From a bacterium (GTDB taxonomy: Bacteria; Patescibacteriota; Minisyncoccia; Minisyncoccales; CG1-02-41-26), in NCBI GenBank assembly GCA_030619905.1, contig JAUXAO010000004.1, forward strand, positions 203-64,202: a DNA stretch of 64,000 nucleotides. The letters run 5' to 3'. The translations under genes were made by a program, and so were the position numbers. Below the pieces are notes generated by a model. The model ran no database searches. It worked only from the letters and a program-made list of their open reading frames with translations, and was not told where the DNA came from. Position 1 is the first letter of the stretch. The number at the start of each line of letters is the position of its first letter. This document shows, piece after piece, positions 7,827-16,735 of this stretch.

Positions 7827-8495
7827 ATGAAAAAAATAGTAATAATTATAGTTCTAATAGCGTTAGTTGGAATCGGGGCTTGGCTTTTGCTGGGTGGCGA
7901 AGAAGCGGTTTCACCGGGCGAAGAGGAAGAAGAAGCAGAAACAGAAACGGAACTATCATTAACTGAGATTTTAGGAAAGGCAAAAGGTATAACTTCTTTC
8001 AAATACGATATGGTGGCAACTTCTCCAGAAGGGGAAGTAATGACGACAAAAATATGGTGGGAAGGAAAGAAGATGAGGATGGAAGGAACATTTGAGGGAA
8101 AGAGAATGGTCTATTTGGTTGATGTAGATGAACAGTTAGCCTATATGTATTTTCCAGCAGAAAATACAGCTATGAAAATAGGCCTAGGCAAGGCTCAGGA
8201 AACAGCAGGAGAATCTCCGACTGAACAATCCGAATCCATTGTGAAATATAACCCTGTGACCCTTGGTACTGAAACTCTGGACGGAAAGAGTTGTCTGGTG
8301 ATTGAATACACTACAGAAACAGACGATGTAAAGATGTGGGTATGGACAAAATACGGATTGCCCATTAAGACGGAATCAACAACAGATGAAGGAACCTCAG
8401 TAATAGAGCTAAAGAATATAGATTTTGGTGATATTTCTGACAGTATGTTTGAATTGCCAGCCGGTGTTCAAATAATGCAAATACCAAGTTTTTAA
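7827..8495 (+). CDS. secreted LolA-like/DUF4367-like protein
   Basis: Signal anchor, acidic linker, then a beta-rich domain resembling LolA-like lipoprotein-sorting folds (KIWWEGKKMRMEGTFEGKRMVYLVD...). Confidence 0.6.
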   Translation: MKKIVIIIVLIALVGIGAWLLLGGEEAVSPGEEEEEAETETELSLTEILGKAKGITSFKYDMVATSPEGEVMTTKIWWEGKKMRMEGTFEGKRMVYLVDVDEQLAYMYFPAENTAMKIGLGKAQETAGESPTEQSESIVKYNPVTLGTETLDGKSCLVIEYTTETDDVKMWVWTKYGLPIKTESTTDEGTSVIELKNIDFGDISDSMFELPAGVQIMQIPSF

Positions 8496-8527
8496 AGGTC
8501 GAATAAAAAATAATAAAGATAATATAT

Positions 8528-9574
8528 ATGGCAAAATTTAATACTAAAAATTTAGTAGTAATTATTATTTTTGGAATACTTTTAATTGGCACAGTAGCTA
8601 TTGTTAATGCTCAGCAGGCATTACCAAAAGGCGGAGATAGTTTCGGAACCGCGGTTGAAATAGAACCGGGCAGTTATCAAAGAAGCGCCTTGGAAGAGAA
8701 CGAATATTTTTATCTTGCTGATATAAAACCGGGCCAGGAAATTAGTGTTAAGTATACCTTTGGTGCCGGGACTGGCCATGATGGATGGGGCATTCTGGGT
8801 TTTTATAATGAAGACAGAATAGAATTATTTGGTGAGTGGGATACGGTTACCGAGGGGGAATCGGAATCAATTGCAGTTTCCTGGCTGCCAAATACAGATA
8901 AAGATTCTTACAAATATTATATCAGGACAGGATATGACGATTACGATGTAGGCCCAATCTCATTTGATATCTCATTGACAAATTATTATGATGCCAGAAG
9001 CCAGACCGATGCAGGAGATAGTTTTAACAAGGCAATGAATATCAGCCCGGGAGAATATAAGGCTTATCTTTCTGGAGAAGCAGGTACAGATACCAAGGAT
9101 TTCTATAAAACAGCCGTTGAGAAAGGAGAAACATTGACTGTAAAGGTTACTCCGGAAGGCGAGGCAAGAATGAGAATAGCCGTGTATGACAACAATAGGC
9201 AAGTATTAAAAGATGAATATGCACCAAATCCCGGCGCAATTATCACGAATTCTGTAGCAAGAACAAGAAGTGGAGATGTTCTCATTGCTGTTGTTTGTGA
9301 AGAATGGTGTAGTGAGAATGTTACCGCTTATACTTTAAATATTACCAAAGAAGCTGGAGCACCCGTTGGAGAAGAAGAGGAAGAAGTTTTAACAGAGGAA
9401 TCAACAGGATTGCCGATTGGGGAAGGTCTGACCGGAGAAGAAGCTGAGGAAGCGGCAAAAGGATTCTTCAAGGTGGTGATAATAGCTTGGCTTCTGCCGT
9501 TGGTTGTTGGTTTAATTAGTCTAGTTGTGGTAATTGTAGTAATCGTAGTCCTTGTTCGTAAAAAGAAAAAATAG
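8528..9574 (+). CDS. surface protein with two pre-peptidase C-terminal (PPC)-like domains, acidic linker and C-terminal TM anchor
   Basis: Signal peptide. Duplicated GGDSFGTAVEIEPGSY... and AGDSFNKAMNISPGEY... modules. EEEEE linker. C-terminal hydrophobic helix plus RKKKK. Confidence 0.65.
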   Translation: MAKFNTKNLVVIIIFGILLIGTVAIVNAQQALPKGGDSFGTAVEIEPGSYQRSALEENEYFYLADIKPGQEISVKYTFGAGTGHDGWGILGFYNEDRIELFGEWDTVTEGESESIAVSWLPNTDKDSYKYYIRTGYDDYDVGPISFDISLTNYYDARSQTDAGDSFNKAMNISPGEYKAYLSGEAGTDTKDFYKTAVEKGETLTVKVTPEGEARMRIAVYDNNRQVLKDEYAPNPGAIITNSVARTRSGDVLIAVVCEEWCSENVTAYTLNITKEAGAPVGEEEEEVLTEESTGLPIGEGLTGEEAEEAAKGFFKVVIIAWLLPLVVGLISLVVVIVVIVVLVRKKKK

Positions 9575-9656
9575 TTATTTTCCTTTCTTTATTTAATTAA
9601 AATTATATATATTCAATCTTTAATAAAAAGATAAAATTTTGGTTTTCGTTAATTTT

Positions 9657-9709
9657 CTGTCGCTAAGGAAACAGTTTTTGCTTTATTTAAGTTCTGACAT
9701 TATCTCACC
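9657..9709 (+). repeat. decayed copy E of the intergenic module
   Basis: CTGTCGCTAAGGAAACAGTTTTT resembles the CGCCAAGGAGGCAG-T6 module. AAGTTCTGACATTATCTCACC resembles AGGTTCTAACATCGTCC. Confidence 0.4.
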
Positions 9710-9725
9710 AGTGGAATATATTTAC

Positions 9726-9753
9726 TCGAGAGAGTTATTGTCTCGGTTTTTTT
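9726..9753 (+). terminator. hairpin plus T7, running into TGgTAAGAT (9758..9766)
   Basis: TCGAGA-GAGTTATTG-TCTCGG followed by TTTTTTT. Confidence 0.55.
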
Positions 9754-9803
9754 ATTATGGTAAGATTAAAAAAGGTCGAAAAGATTAATCATTAATAAAA
9801 AAT

Positions 9804-10583
9804 ATGACAAATATAATTTATACGATTTTAGGAATAATTGTTTTTATAGTTTTAATCTCTATTAGGCAGATTAATCAGTATGAAAATGGAGTTAGATTTA
9901 GGCTGGGAAAGTATGTTGGTATAATGAAACCTGGATGGAGATTGGTTTGGCCAATTTTCTATTTCTATAAAAAAGTAGATTTAAGAGTAAAAGCTGTAGA
10001 TGTGCCAAACCAAGAGGCAATTACTAAAGATAATATCTCAGTTAGCGTGAATGCTGTTATTTATTATAAAGTTAGAGAAGCTGACAAAGCGGTTTTAGAA
10101 GTAGAAGATTTTTACTATGCTATTTCACAATTAGCCCAAACAACAATGCGAAATGCCGTAGGGCAAGTGGATTTAGATGAACTTCTTTCTCAAAGAGACA
10201 GAGTTTCAGAAAACATAAGAAGCATTATTGATAAAGCTTCTGATCCCTGGGGGATTAAAGTCGATAATGTAGAATTAAAGGATATAACATTGCCAGAAGA
10301 AATGAAGAGAGTGATTGGTAAACAGGCCGAAGCAGAAAGAGAAAAAAGGGCAATAATTATTAAAGCTGAAGGAGAGGTAATTGCTGCTGAGAATCTGGCC
10401 AAAGCTGCCAGGACTCTATCAGAGGCCAAAGGAGCTCTTCATTTAAGAACTCTTCAGTCAATCAATGATATAAGTTCTGATAAATCAAATACAATTGTTT
10501 TTGCTGTTCCTCTAGAAATCTTGAGAGCCTTTGAAGCACTTGGAAAGAAATTCTCAGGAGAGAATAAGAGCGAGGATAAATAA
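9804..10583 (+). CDS. SPFH/band-7 (stomatin/slipin) family protein
   Basis: N-terminal TM, YENGVRFRLGKY, ITKDNISVSVNAVIYYKV, EAEREKRAIIIKAEGE: the classic SPFH layout. Confidence 0.9.
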   Translation: MTNIIYTILGIIVFIVLISIRQINQYENGVRFRLGKYVGIMKPGWRLVWPIFYFYKKVDLRVKAVDVPNQEAITKDNISVSVNAVIYYKVREADKAVLEVEDFYYAISQLAQTTMRNAVGQVDLDELLSQRDRVSENIRSIIDKASDPWGIKVDNVELKDITLPEEMKRVIGKQAEAEREKRAIIIKAEGEVIAAENLAKAARTLSEAKGALHLRTLQSINDISSDKSNTIVFAVPLEILRAFEALGKKFSGENKSEDK

Positions 10584-10661
10584 GATTAAAAAACATAGAA
10601 TTATCAAAAAAGCGATTTTTTGATATACATACCAAAGGTCAAAATTAATAATTAAAATATT

Positions 10662-11276
10662 ATGTCTAAAATAACAATAGCGGTTATTATTATAATAATT
10701 GCAGTATTAGGTTACTGGTTTTATCAATTAACATTAGTGCCTGAAGAAGAGACATTATCAGAAGGAAGCAAAGAATGTGTTGTTGATGATGATTGTGTTG
10801 TTTTTGGTGAAGATGGGGATTGTAATTGTGGTTGCTACAATAAAGACTATCTTCCATCAGGAACTGGCGGAGAATGTTTTTGTGCTGCTCCGGTTTCTTG
10901 CAAATGTTTAGATGGTGAATGTCAGGAAGTTTTTGAAGGAGAAGTAGATAATTTTAACAAGTGCGTAGAAGCAGAATATCCTATTCTTGAATCTTATCCT
11001 CGTCAATGTAAAATATCAGATACCCAGACATTTGTAGAAGAACATTGCATTAAAGAAGGGACTGATGAGATACTGACTTTAGTTGATGCTGAACAAATTG
11101 CCATAGATAGCGAATGCGGTGACAGGCTCAAAGAGAATCATGTGTGTAATAAAGATACTGGGACATGGTGGATAGATTTGGATATTGAAAGACAAGGATG
11201 CGGTCCTGCCTGCGTTGTCAATGTTGTCACCAGAGAGGCGTCTATAAATTGGAGATGCACGGGAGTGATAGAATAG
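10662..11276 (+). CDS. cysteine-rich secreted protein
   Basis: Signal anchor, then many Cys (CVVDDDCVVFGEDGDCNCGCYN...CFCAAPVSCKCLDGEC). AAAGGTCA leader. Confidence 0.65.
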   Translation: MSKITIAVIIIIIAVLGYWFYQLTLVPEEETLSEGSKECVVDDDCVVFGEDGDCNCGCYNKDYLPSGTGGECFCAAPVSCKCLDGECQEVFEGEVDNFNKCVEAEYPILESYPRQCKISDTQTFVEEHCIKEGTDEILTLVDAEQIAIDSECGDRLKENHVCNKDTGTWWIDLDIERQGCGPACVVNVVTREASINWRCTGVIE

Positions 11277-11325
11277 AGTTTTGAGTTTATTTAAGTAAAG
11301 GTTGGAGATTAAAACTAAATAGGAC

Positions 11326-11784
11326 ATGAAAATGAAAAAACATTCTTTAGTTAGAACAATCTATCTTTATATTTTTGCTTTACTGGGTTTGGTGCTTTTA
11401 ATCATTGGCGGGGTTAATTTCGTTAATATGGCACTTAAGGCTTTTATTTTTACTCAGGCTGAAGAGGAACAAAGAATTCTTTACAAACAAGTGCCAGTTC
11501 CTTTTTCAATTTCAAGAGTTGAACAACTTGAGAAAGAAATAGAGGCAGGGGAAGAAGTGTGTCTCTCTGAAGAAGAAAAAATTAGTATTGAGAATTGGTT
11601 GACTGATTATAATAACTGGAAAGAAGATAGGTTAAAGATTGATCCAATAACTTCCCGAAGACATCGAGATGCATCTTTGAATTTATCTTTGATTTTGATT
11701 GGTCTGCCCTTATATCTTTATCATTGGGAGATTATTAAAAGAGAAACTGAAAATAAAGAAAAAGGTAAGAATATCAAAAAGTAG
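11326..11784 (+). CDS. membrane protein (two TM helices flanking an acidic loop)
   Basis: 152-aa ORF. The start could be ATG 11326 or 11332. Confidence 0.6.
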   Translation: MKMKKHSLVRTIYLYIFALLGLVLLIIGGVNFVNMALKAFIFTQAEEEQRILYKQVPVPFSISRVEQLEKEIEAGEEVCLSEEEKISIENWLTDYNNWKEDRLKIDPITSRRHRDASLNLSLILIGLPLYLYHWEIIKRETENKEKGKNIKK

Positions 11785-11854
11785 CTAAGATAAGAAATAA
11801 ATTCTTCGCCTTCGCCTTTTGGTGGAGGCGATTTTTTGATAGAATAAATATATT

Positions 11855-12703
11855 ATGGCATCTTTATACGTTATAAATTCAAGAGGCGAGAAAGAATTAT
11901 TTTCTTTACAAAAAGTATATAGATCGGCAAGATGGGCTGGAGCTCCTAAAGAATTATCTAGGAAAATTGCTAAGGTTATTGAAAAAGAAGCTTATCCAGG
12001 AATCAAAACTTCAGAAATTTTCAAAAAAGTAAAAAGGTTACTTCGTCAGAAAACTCCAGGAGCTGCTTTGAGATTTAATTTGAAAGAGGGGATGAGAAAA
12101 TTAGGGCCGACTGGTTTTCCGTTTGAGAAATTCATTGGTGAAATCTTTAGAAAATTGAATTTTAAAGTAGGAATTAACCAACATTTGCCTGGTTCTTGTC
12201 TTAGAGATTACGAAATAGATTTTTTAGCTGAAAAAGGGAATTTAATATATGTTGGTGAATGCAAATATCGTAATTTTCCTGGAGAAAGAGTGCATTCTAA
12301 AGATGCTTTGGCAAACCATGCTCGCTTTTTAGATATTTTGAATGGTCCTTTTTTCAAAACAAAAAAATACAGAAATTTTAGGATAAAAACCATATTGGTT
12401 ACCAATACAAAATTTACTAACCGAGCGAAAAACTATTCTAATTGTGTAGGCATTAAAACTTTAGGTTGGAAAGTTCCAAGAAATAAAGGATTGGAATATT
12501 TAATAGAGAAAGAAAGACTTTATCCGGTTACTATTCTTCCATCTTTAAATAAATACTTAAAAGACGTTTTTGTTTCTGAAAAAATAATGTTAATTGAGGA
12601 TGTATTGAAAGTTGATCCTCAAAAATTTTCTAAAAAATTTAAGATATCTGTCAAATATCTTTATCCCTTAATTAAAGAAGCAGAAACTTTATTAGAAAAA
12701 TAA
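11855..12703 (+). CDS. ATP-cone domain fused to a restriction-endonuclease-like (Mrr/PD-(D/E)xK) domain
   Basis: N-terminus LYVINSRGEKELFSLQKVYRSARWAG...IFKKVKRLL is the ATP-cone pattern. Core DYEIDFLAEKGNLIYVGECKYR is a PD-(D/E)xK-type D...E.K motif. Confidence 0.7.
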   Translation: MASLYVINSRGEKELFSLQKVYRSARWAGAPKELSRKIAKVIEKEAYPGIKTSEIFKKVKRLLRQKTPGAALRFNLKEGMRKLGPTGFPFEKFIGEIFRKLNFKVGINQHLPGSCLRDYEIDFLAEKGNLIYVGECKYRNFPGERVHSKDALANHARFLDILNGPFFKTKKYRNFRIKTILVTNTKFTNRAKNYSNCVGIKTLGWKVPRNKGLEYLIEKERLYPVTILPSLNKYLKDVFVSEKIMLIEDVLKVDPQKFSKKFKISVKYLYPLIKEAETLLEK

Positions 12704-12707
12704 AAAT

Positions 12708-14156
12708 ATGAAAAAAATATATTCTTATCTATTAATGGGCTTTTTAGTTTTATTTCTTCCTGTCTTAATTTCGGCGGATAGAGGAATGGTGGTTTGGCCT
12801 CCTGAAATTCGTTTAGACCAATCTGCCCAAAATGCAATTGTTGCCTGGAATGGCAGTGAAGAAGTAATAATCCTTTCAGTTGATTTAGAAAGTTCTTCTG
12901 ATATTACTGCTTTGGGAATTATACCTCTGCCCTCTAATCCTTCTGATGTTGAAGAAGGAAGTTTTGAGTCTTTTGACAAGTTAATAGAAATTATGAATGC
13001 CAAAATGGAAGATATTAGAAACCAGTGGAAAACATTAGGGGAAGGACCAGAAGAAGCCTCATCTGCTGGAGTAGAGATTACTTTTCATAAAAGAATCGGG
13101 GCTCATGATGTAACCATAGTTAAGGTGAATGATTTAGACTATTTTTTAGAATGGATTGAAAATTTTGCTCATGAAAAAGGATTGGAAGTGAAAGAAATTT
13201 CATCGGGATTCAAGGCAGGAATAGCTAATTATTTAAAGCGTGATATAAAATATTTTGTTTTTGATGTTATTGAAGCTGGTCAGGAAAAAGAGAGTATAAA
13301 ACCTTTAATTTATCGTTTTGATTCTGATTTCCTTTATTATCCTATTTTAATAAGCGGGGTTTCAGAGATTAAAGAAAGCCAAACAGAAATTAATCTTTTT
13401 CTTATTACAGAAAAAGAAGTTGAATTTCCTGATATTCCTTATACTTACTATAGTTATCATTGGCCTAGAAGTTACGGTTATCCTGTAGAGTTGACTAAAG
13501 AGGAGTTAGAAGAAGTTTCCCAAGAAATAGCAGATTTATTTGAAAAAGAAGCCAATGTGAGAGAAGTCTCTTTATATGGCAGATTAAATGATCTAAAAAG
13601 AGATTTAATGATTTATCCTTATGTTTGGGACCAGGATTTAGGGATAGGAAATTCTGGAGAAGAGGTAAGATCTTTGCAAAAAGTATTAATCAATGAAGGG
13701 GTTTGGGAATCAGGAGTTGGAGCTACAGGTTATTTTGGACAAATTACTAAAACTGCTTTAGCAAAATTTCAAGAGAAATTCAGTCAAGATATTTTAAAAC
13801 CCTTTAATCTTGAATCCGGAACAGGATATTTCGGTTCAAAAACCAAAGATTACTTAAAAAGATTATCTTTATCAATAGAACAAGAAGAATTAAGCCCAGA
13901 GGAATTGACTTTTAATCAAAACTTAAGTTTAGGCATGCGAGGTGAAGATGTTATAGCCTTACAAGAAATATTAATAGAAGAGGGAGTATGGCCAAGACCA
14001 GACATTGGAGCAACAGGATATTTTGGTTCTATTACCAAGGAAGCGGTAATTAATTATCAGGAAAAGTACGCTTCAGAAATTCTTGAACCTTTAGGGTTGA
14101 CTAAAGGCACTGGTTTCGTTGGATCTTCAACCCGGCTTCATTTAGAAAGAGATTAA
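12708..14156 (+). CDS. secreted protein with DUF2330-like N-domain and two C-terminal peptidoglycan-binding (PG_binding_1) repeats
   Basis: Signal peptide. Two repeats GEEVRSLQKVLINEGVW...GATGYFGQITKTALAKFQEKF and GEDVIALQEILIEEGVW...GATGYFGSITKEAVINYQEKY. Confidence 0.7.
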   Translation: MKKIYSYLLMGFLVLFLPVLISADRGMVVWPPEIRLDQSAQNAIVAWNGSEEVIILSVDLESSSDITALGIIPLPSNPSDVEEGSFESFDKLIEIMNAKMEDIRNQWKTLGEGPEEASSAGVEITFHKRIGAHDVTIVKVNDLDYFLEWIENFAHEKGLEVKEISSGFKAGIANYLKRDIKYFVFDVIEAGQEKESIKPLIYRFDSDFLYYPILISGVSEIKESQTEINLFLITEKEVEFPDIPYTYYSYHWPRSYGYPVELTKEELEEVSQEIADLFEKEANVREVSLYGRLNDLKRDLMIYPYVWDQDLGIGNSGEEVRSLQKVLINEGVWESGVGATGYFGQITKTALAKFQEKFSQDILKPFNLESGTGYFGSKTKDYLKRLSLSIEQEELSPEELTFNQNLSLGMRGEDVIALQEILIEEGVWPRPDIGATGYFGSITKEAVINYQEKYASEILEPLGLTKGTGFVGSSTRLHLERD

Positions 14157-14249
14157 TCATGAAGGATTGTCTTCGCTTTTTGATGAAGATGATTTTCTGG
14201 TAGAATAGAAATATCAAGGTCAAATACAAGTAAATAATATTTAAAAAAT

Positions 14250-14471
14250 ATGGACAATAAAACTTTAAAAAGTTTGAGGGAAGATTTAATAGGGGAGTTG
14301 GCTGCTATTAATCAATATCAGGAGCACATAGATGAGATTGACGATGAAGAGGTTAAAAAGATTCTAAGCCATATTAGAGATGATGAGAAAGAACACGTTG
14401 CTGAAATAACAAAGATTATCAGAAAATTGGACGAAACCCAGGAAGAGAAGTTTCGAAAAGAAGGGCTTTAA
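14250..14471 (+). CDS. EncFtn-like (encapsulated-ferritin family) ferritin-like protein
   Basis: LIGELAAINQYQEHIDEI...KKILSHIRDDEKEHVAEITKIIRKLD matches the EncFtn pattern (LIxELEAxxxYxQ...ILxHxRDEEKEH). Confidence 0.65.
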   Translation: MDNKTLKSLREDLIGELAAINQYQEHIDEIDDEEVKKILSHIRDDEKEHVAEITKIIRKLDETQEEKFRKEGL

Positions 14472-14554
14472 TCTGATAGAGAAATTTGAATGATATTCAA
14501 TTGGAAGAGTAAATAAAAAAAATCGCTATTGTAACAGTTTTTTGATATAATAAA

Positions 14555-14986
14555 ATGATGAAAAAATCTTTGATAATAACATTTTGGGTATTAATAGGAT
14601 CTTTTCTTTTCGTAATAGGTCAATTTTTTATCCCGGCAGTTACAGAATTATTCAGAGGTTCTTTATTTTTTTTATTGCCATTTGTTATTTTTTCTTTATT
14701 GGGCGGACTATTGATATTTTTAACTCTGAAGGAAAAAATAGAAGAAAAACTTAAAAAACTCTTAATATTAACCGGAGCTTCAGCAGCTGGATTTTTTGTC
14801 TTTGTTTTATTACACAATGTTTTTTATGCCTTGGGCGTAATAGCCAGTAGTATTGCTATCTTAAGATATCTAATGGAGATTCTTCATGTGACGTTTTTCC
14901 TTATTGCAATTTTTATTTGTCCTTTAGGGTTTTTAATTGGTGCCATAGGTAGTATAATCGTTCTTGTTAAAAGAAAAAGATTATAA
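14555..14986 (+). CDS. polytopic membrane protein
   Basis: Four hydrophobic helices. TGaTATAAT ends 3 nt before ATG 14555 and 6 nt before the in-frame ATG 14558, so 14558 may be the leaderless start. Confidence 0.6.
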   Translation: MMKKSLIITFWVLIGSFLFVIGQFFIPAVTELFRGSLFFLLPFVIFSLLGGLLIFLTLKEKIEEKLKKLLILTGASAAGFFVFVLLHNVFYALGVIASSIAILRYLMEILHVTFFLIAIFICPLGFLIGAIGSIIVLVKRKRL

Positions 14987-15012
14987 ATCAAGGGCAAATT
15001 AGTTAGTTTTTT

Positions 15013-16728
15013 ATGGATTTTTTTCAGGAACTCAAATCTAACTGGAAATCTGTTTTGATTATATTTATCCTCTTCACTCTTATTGAAGGGGGAATTTTAT
15101 ATTTGTCTACCCTAGAAGAAGATTCTATAAGATATTCTACATATACTAATATTTACAAGCCTAAATGTTCTAATGATGTTTGTCGATTTAGAAATTCGAT
15201 TACAGATTTTGTAATGGAAGCAGCTGAGAACTATTTTGATGAACAACCAACAGAATACCCAGAAAAATTAAAAATTAAAGGCAACTGGGAAATTCACGTA
15301 ACTATGTATTATCAGGGGGAAATCAAAGGAAAAGGACAAGGGAAGAATGAAATATTATCATTAGCATTGGAACAGGCAACAAAAAATATTTTTAATGATA
15401 AAAGAGCTGAAGATTTAACTGAAGAAAATATTGAAGATGCGACGTTCTTGGTTAAATTTTTATCACCTCCTGAACAATTTTCTTTTATTGGATACAAAGG
15501 AGAGGGGAGAGAAAGCATTGATGATTTAATATTGATACGGGAAATAAGTAAAGAGTTAATTCTGGAAAAAATCAGACAGGGAAAAGAATTTTTATATAGA
15601 ATGGTTAATGAAGAAAAACAGGGGTTTTATAAAAAATACGATGTTTTAAATGACAGTTTTGAAGAAAGATTATACACTCCTTATTCTGCTTCAATTATAT
15701 ATACTTTCTTATATATTTATGATTTGGAAAAAGATGAAGAAATCTTAAAACATATACCTGCTTGGGGAGATTTTCTCCTTTCTATGCAGAATAAAGATAA
15801 AGAAGATAAAGCATACGGGGCTTTTTCTTATTCTTTTTATCTGGATAAAAATGAAAAACAAAAGAGATTTGTAGTAGGATCAAGTGCTTTGAGCATATTT
15901 ACCTTATTGAGATTATATGATTTGACTAATGACTCAAGGTATTTAGAATCAGCGAAATTAGCTGGTGATTGGCTGGCTACAATGCAGAATCCTGATGGCA
16001 GTATGAAGGCTTATTTAGAGTATTCAAAAGGAAAATGGGTTTATGGTGAAAAGCTGTCTCTTCTTTATAATGGCCAGGTTCTTTCTTCTCTTTCCAAACT
16101 CTATGAGGCTACTAATGATGAGAAATATTATGATACAGCCAAAGGAATTGCTGAATTATTTGCTGAAGAATATGAGAAAGAAAAAGGTTATATTGAGGGA
16201 GAGTACCGGAGCAAAAATCCAATTTCAAATGCTTGGGTAGTAATGTCATCAATAGATCTTTACAAAGCAAGTCCAGATGAACGCTATAAAGGAATAATCT
16301 TTGAATTGAGTGAGAAGATTTTAGCTAATCAAAGGAATAATGAAGATGACCTCTTGTATTATGGTGGCTGGGGTGGAGCATATTCATCAAGCGGAATTGG
16401 TTGGATAAGTGAGGTAATGACCGAAACTTATAGATTTTGTCAGGAAGAGAGAGGAGAAGATTGTGATAAATACAAACAAGCTGTAATAAAAGCAATAAGA
16501 TGGCTTATTCAGAATACTTATTCAGAAGAAAATAGTTTTTTCCTTGAAAATCCAGAAAAAGCAATAGGAGGTGTTTTTTGGAACAAGCTGAATAAATATG
16601 TAAGAACTGATTCAGTATGCCATGCTTTGAATGGCTATATCAGAATAATAGATGATTTAGACGATGGATTATTGCTTTTAGTGCCAGAGAAATCTTTTGG
16701 AGAGATTTTAGAAGAGATAAGAGATTAA
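15013..16728 (+). CDS. membrane-anchored protein with alpha/alpha-toroid (prenyltransferase/terpene-cyclase-like repeat) domain
   Basis: N-terminal TM. Repeated QNxDG-type motifs (MQNPDGSMKAY, MQNKDKEDKAYGAF, GGWGGAYSSSG) typical of squalene-cyclase-like repeats. Family assignment is tentative. Confidence 0.55.
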   Translation: MDFFQELKSNWKSVLIIFILFTLIEGGILYLSTLEEDSIRYSTYTNIYKPKCSNDVCRFRNSITDFVMEAAENYFDEQPTEYPEKLKIKGNWEIHVTMYYQGEIKGKGQGKNEILSLALEQATKNIFNDKRAEDLTEENIEDATFLVKFLSPPEQFSFIGYKGEGRESIDDLILIREISKELILEKIRQGKEFLYRMVNEEKQGFYKKYDVLNDSFEERLYTPYSASIIYTFLYIYDLEKDEEILKHIPAWGDFLLSMQNKDKEDKAYGAFSYSFYLDKNEKQKRFVVGSSALSIFTLLRLYDLTNDSRYLESAKLAGDWLATMQNPDGSMKAYLEYSKGKWVYGEKLSLLYNGQVLSSLSKLYEATNDEKYYDTAKGIAELFAEEYEKEKGYIEGEYRSKNPISNAWVVMSSIDLYKASPDERYKGIIFELSEKILANQRNNEDDLLYYGGWGGAYSSSGIGWISEVMTETYRFCQEERGEDCDKYKQAVIKAIRWLIQNTYSEENSFFLENPEKAIGGVFWNKLNKYVRTDSVCHALNGYIRIIDDLDDGLLLLVPEKSFGEILEEIRD

Positions 16729-16735
16729 TAAAAAT

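Noticed and set aside
860-9760. Whether the repeated intergenic elements could be a CRISPR array or tRNA genes or pseudogenes, because of the GGTTCGAA words.
   Set aside because: The copies are separated by whole genes at irregular distances, and the repeats are not identical, so this is not a CRISPR array. The GGTTCGAA words lack complementary T-stem flanks, acceptor stems and anticodon arms, so they are not tRNAs.
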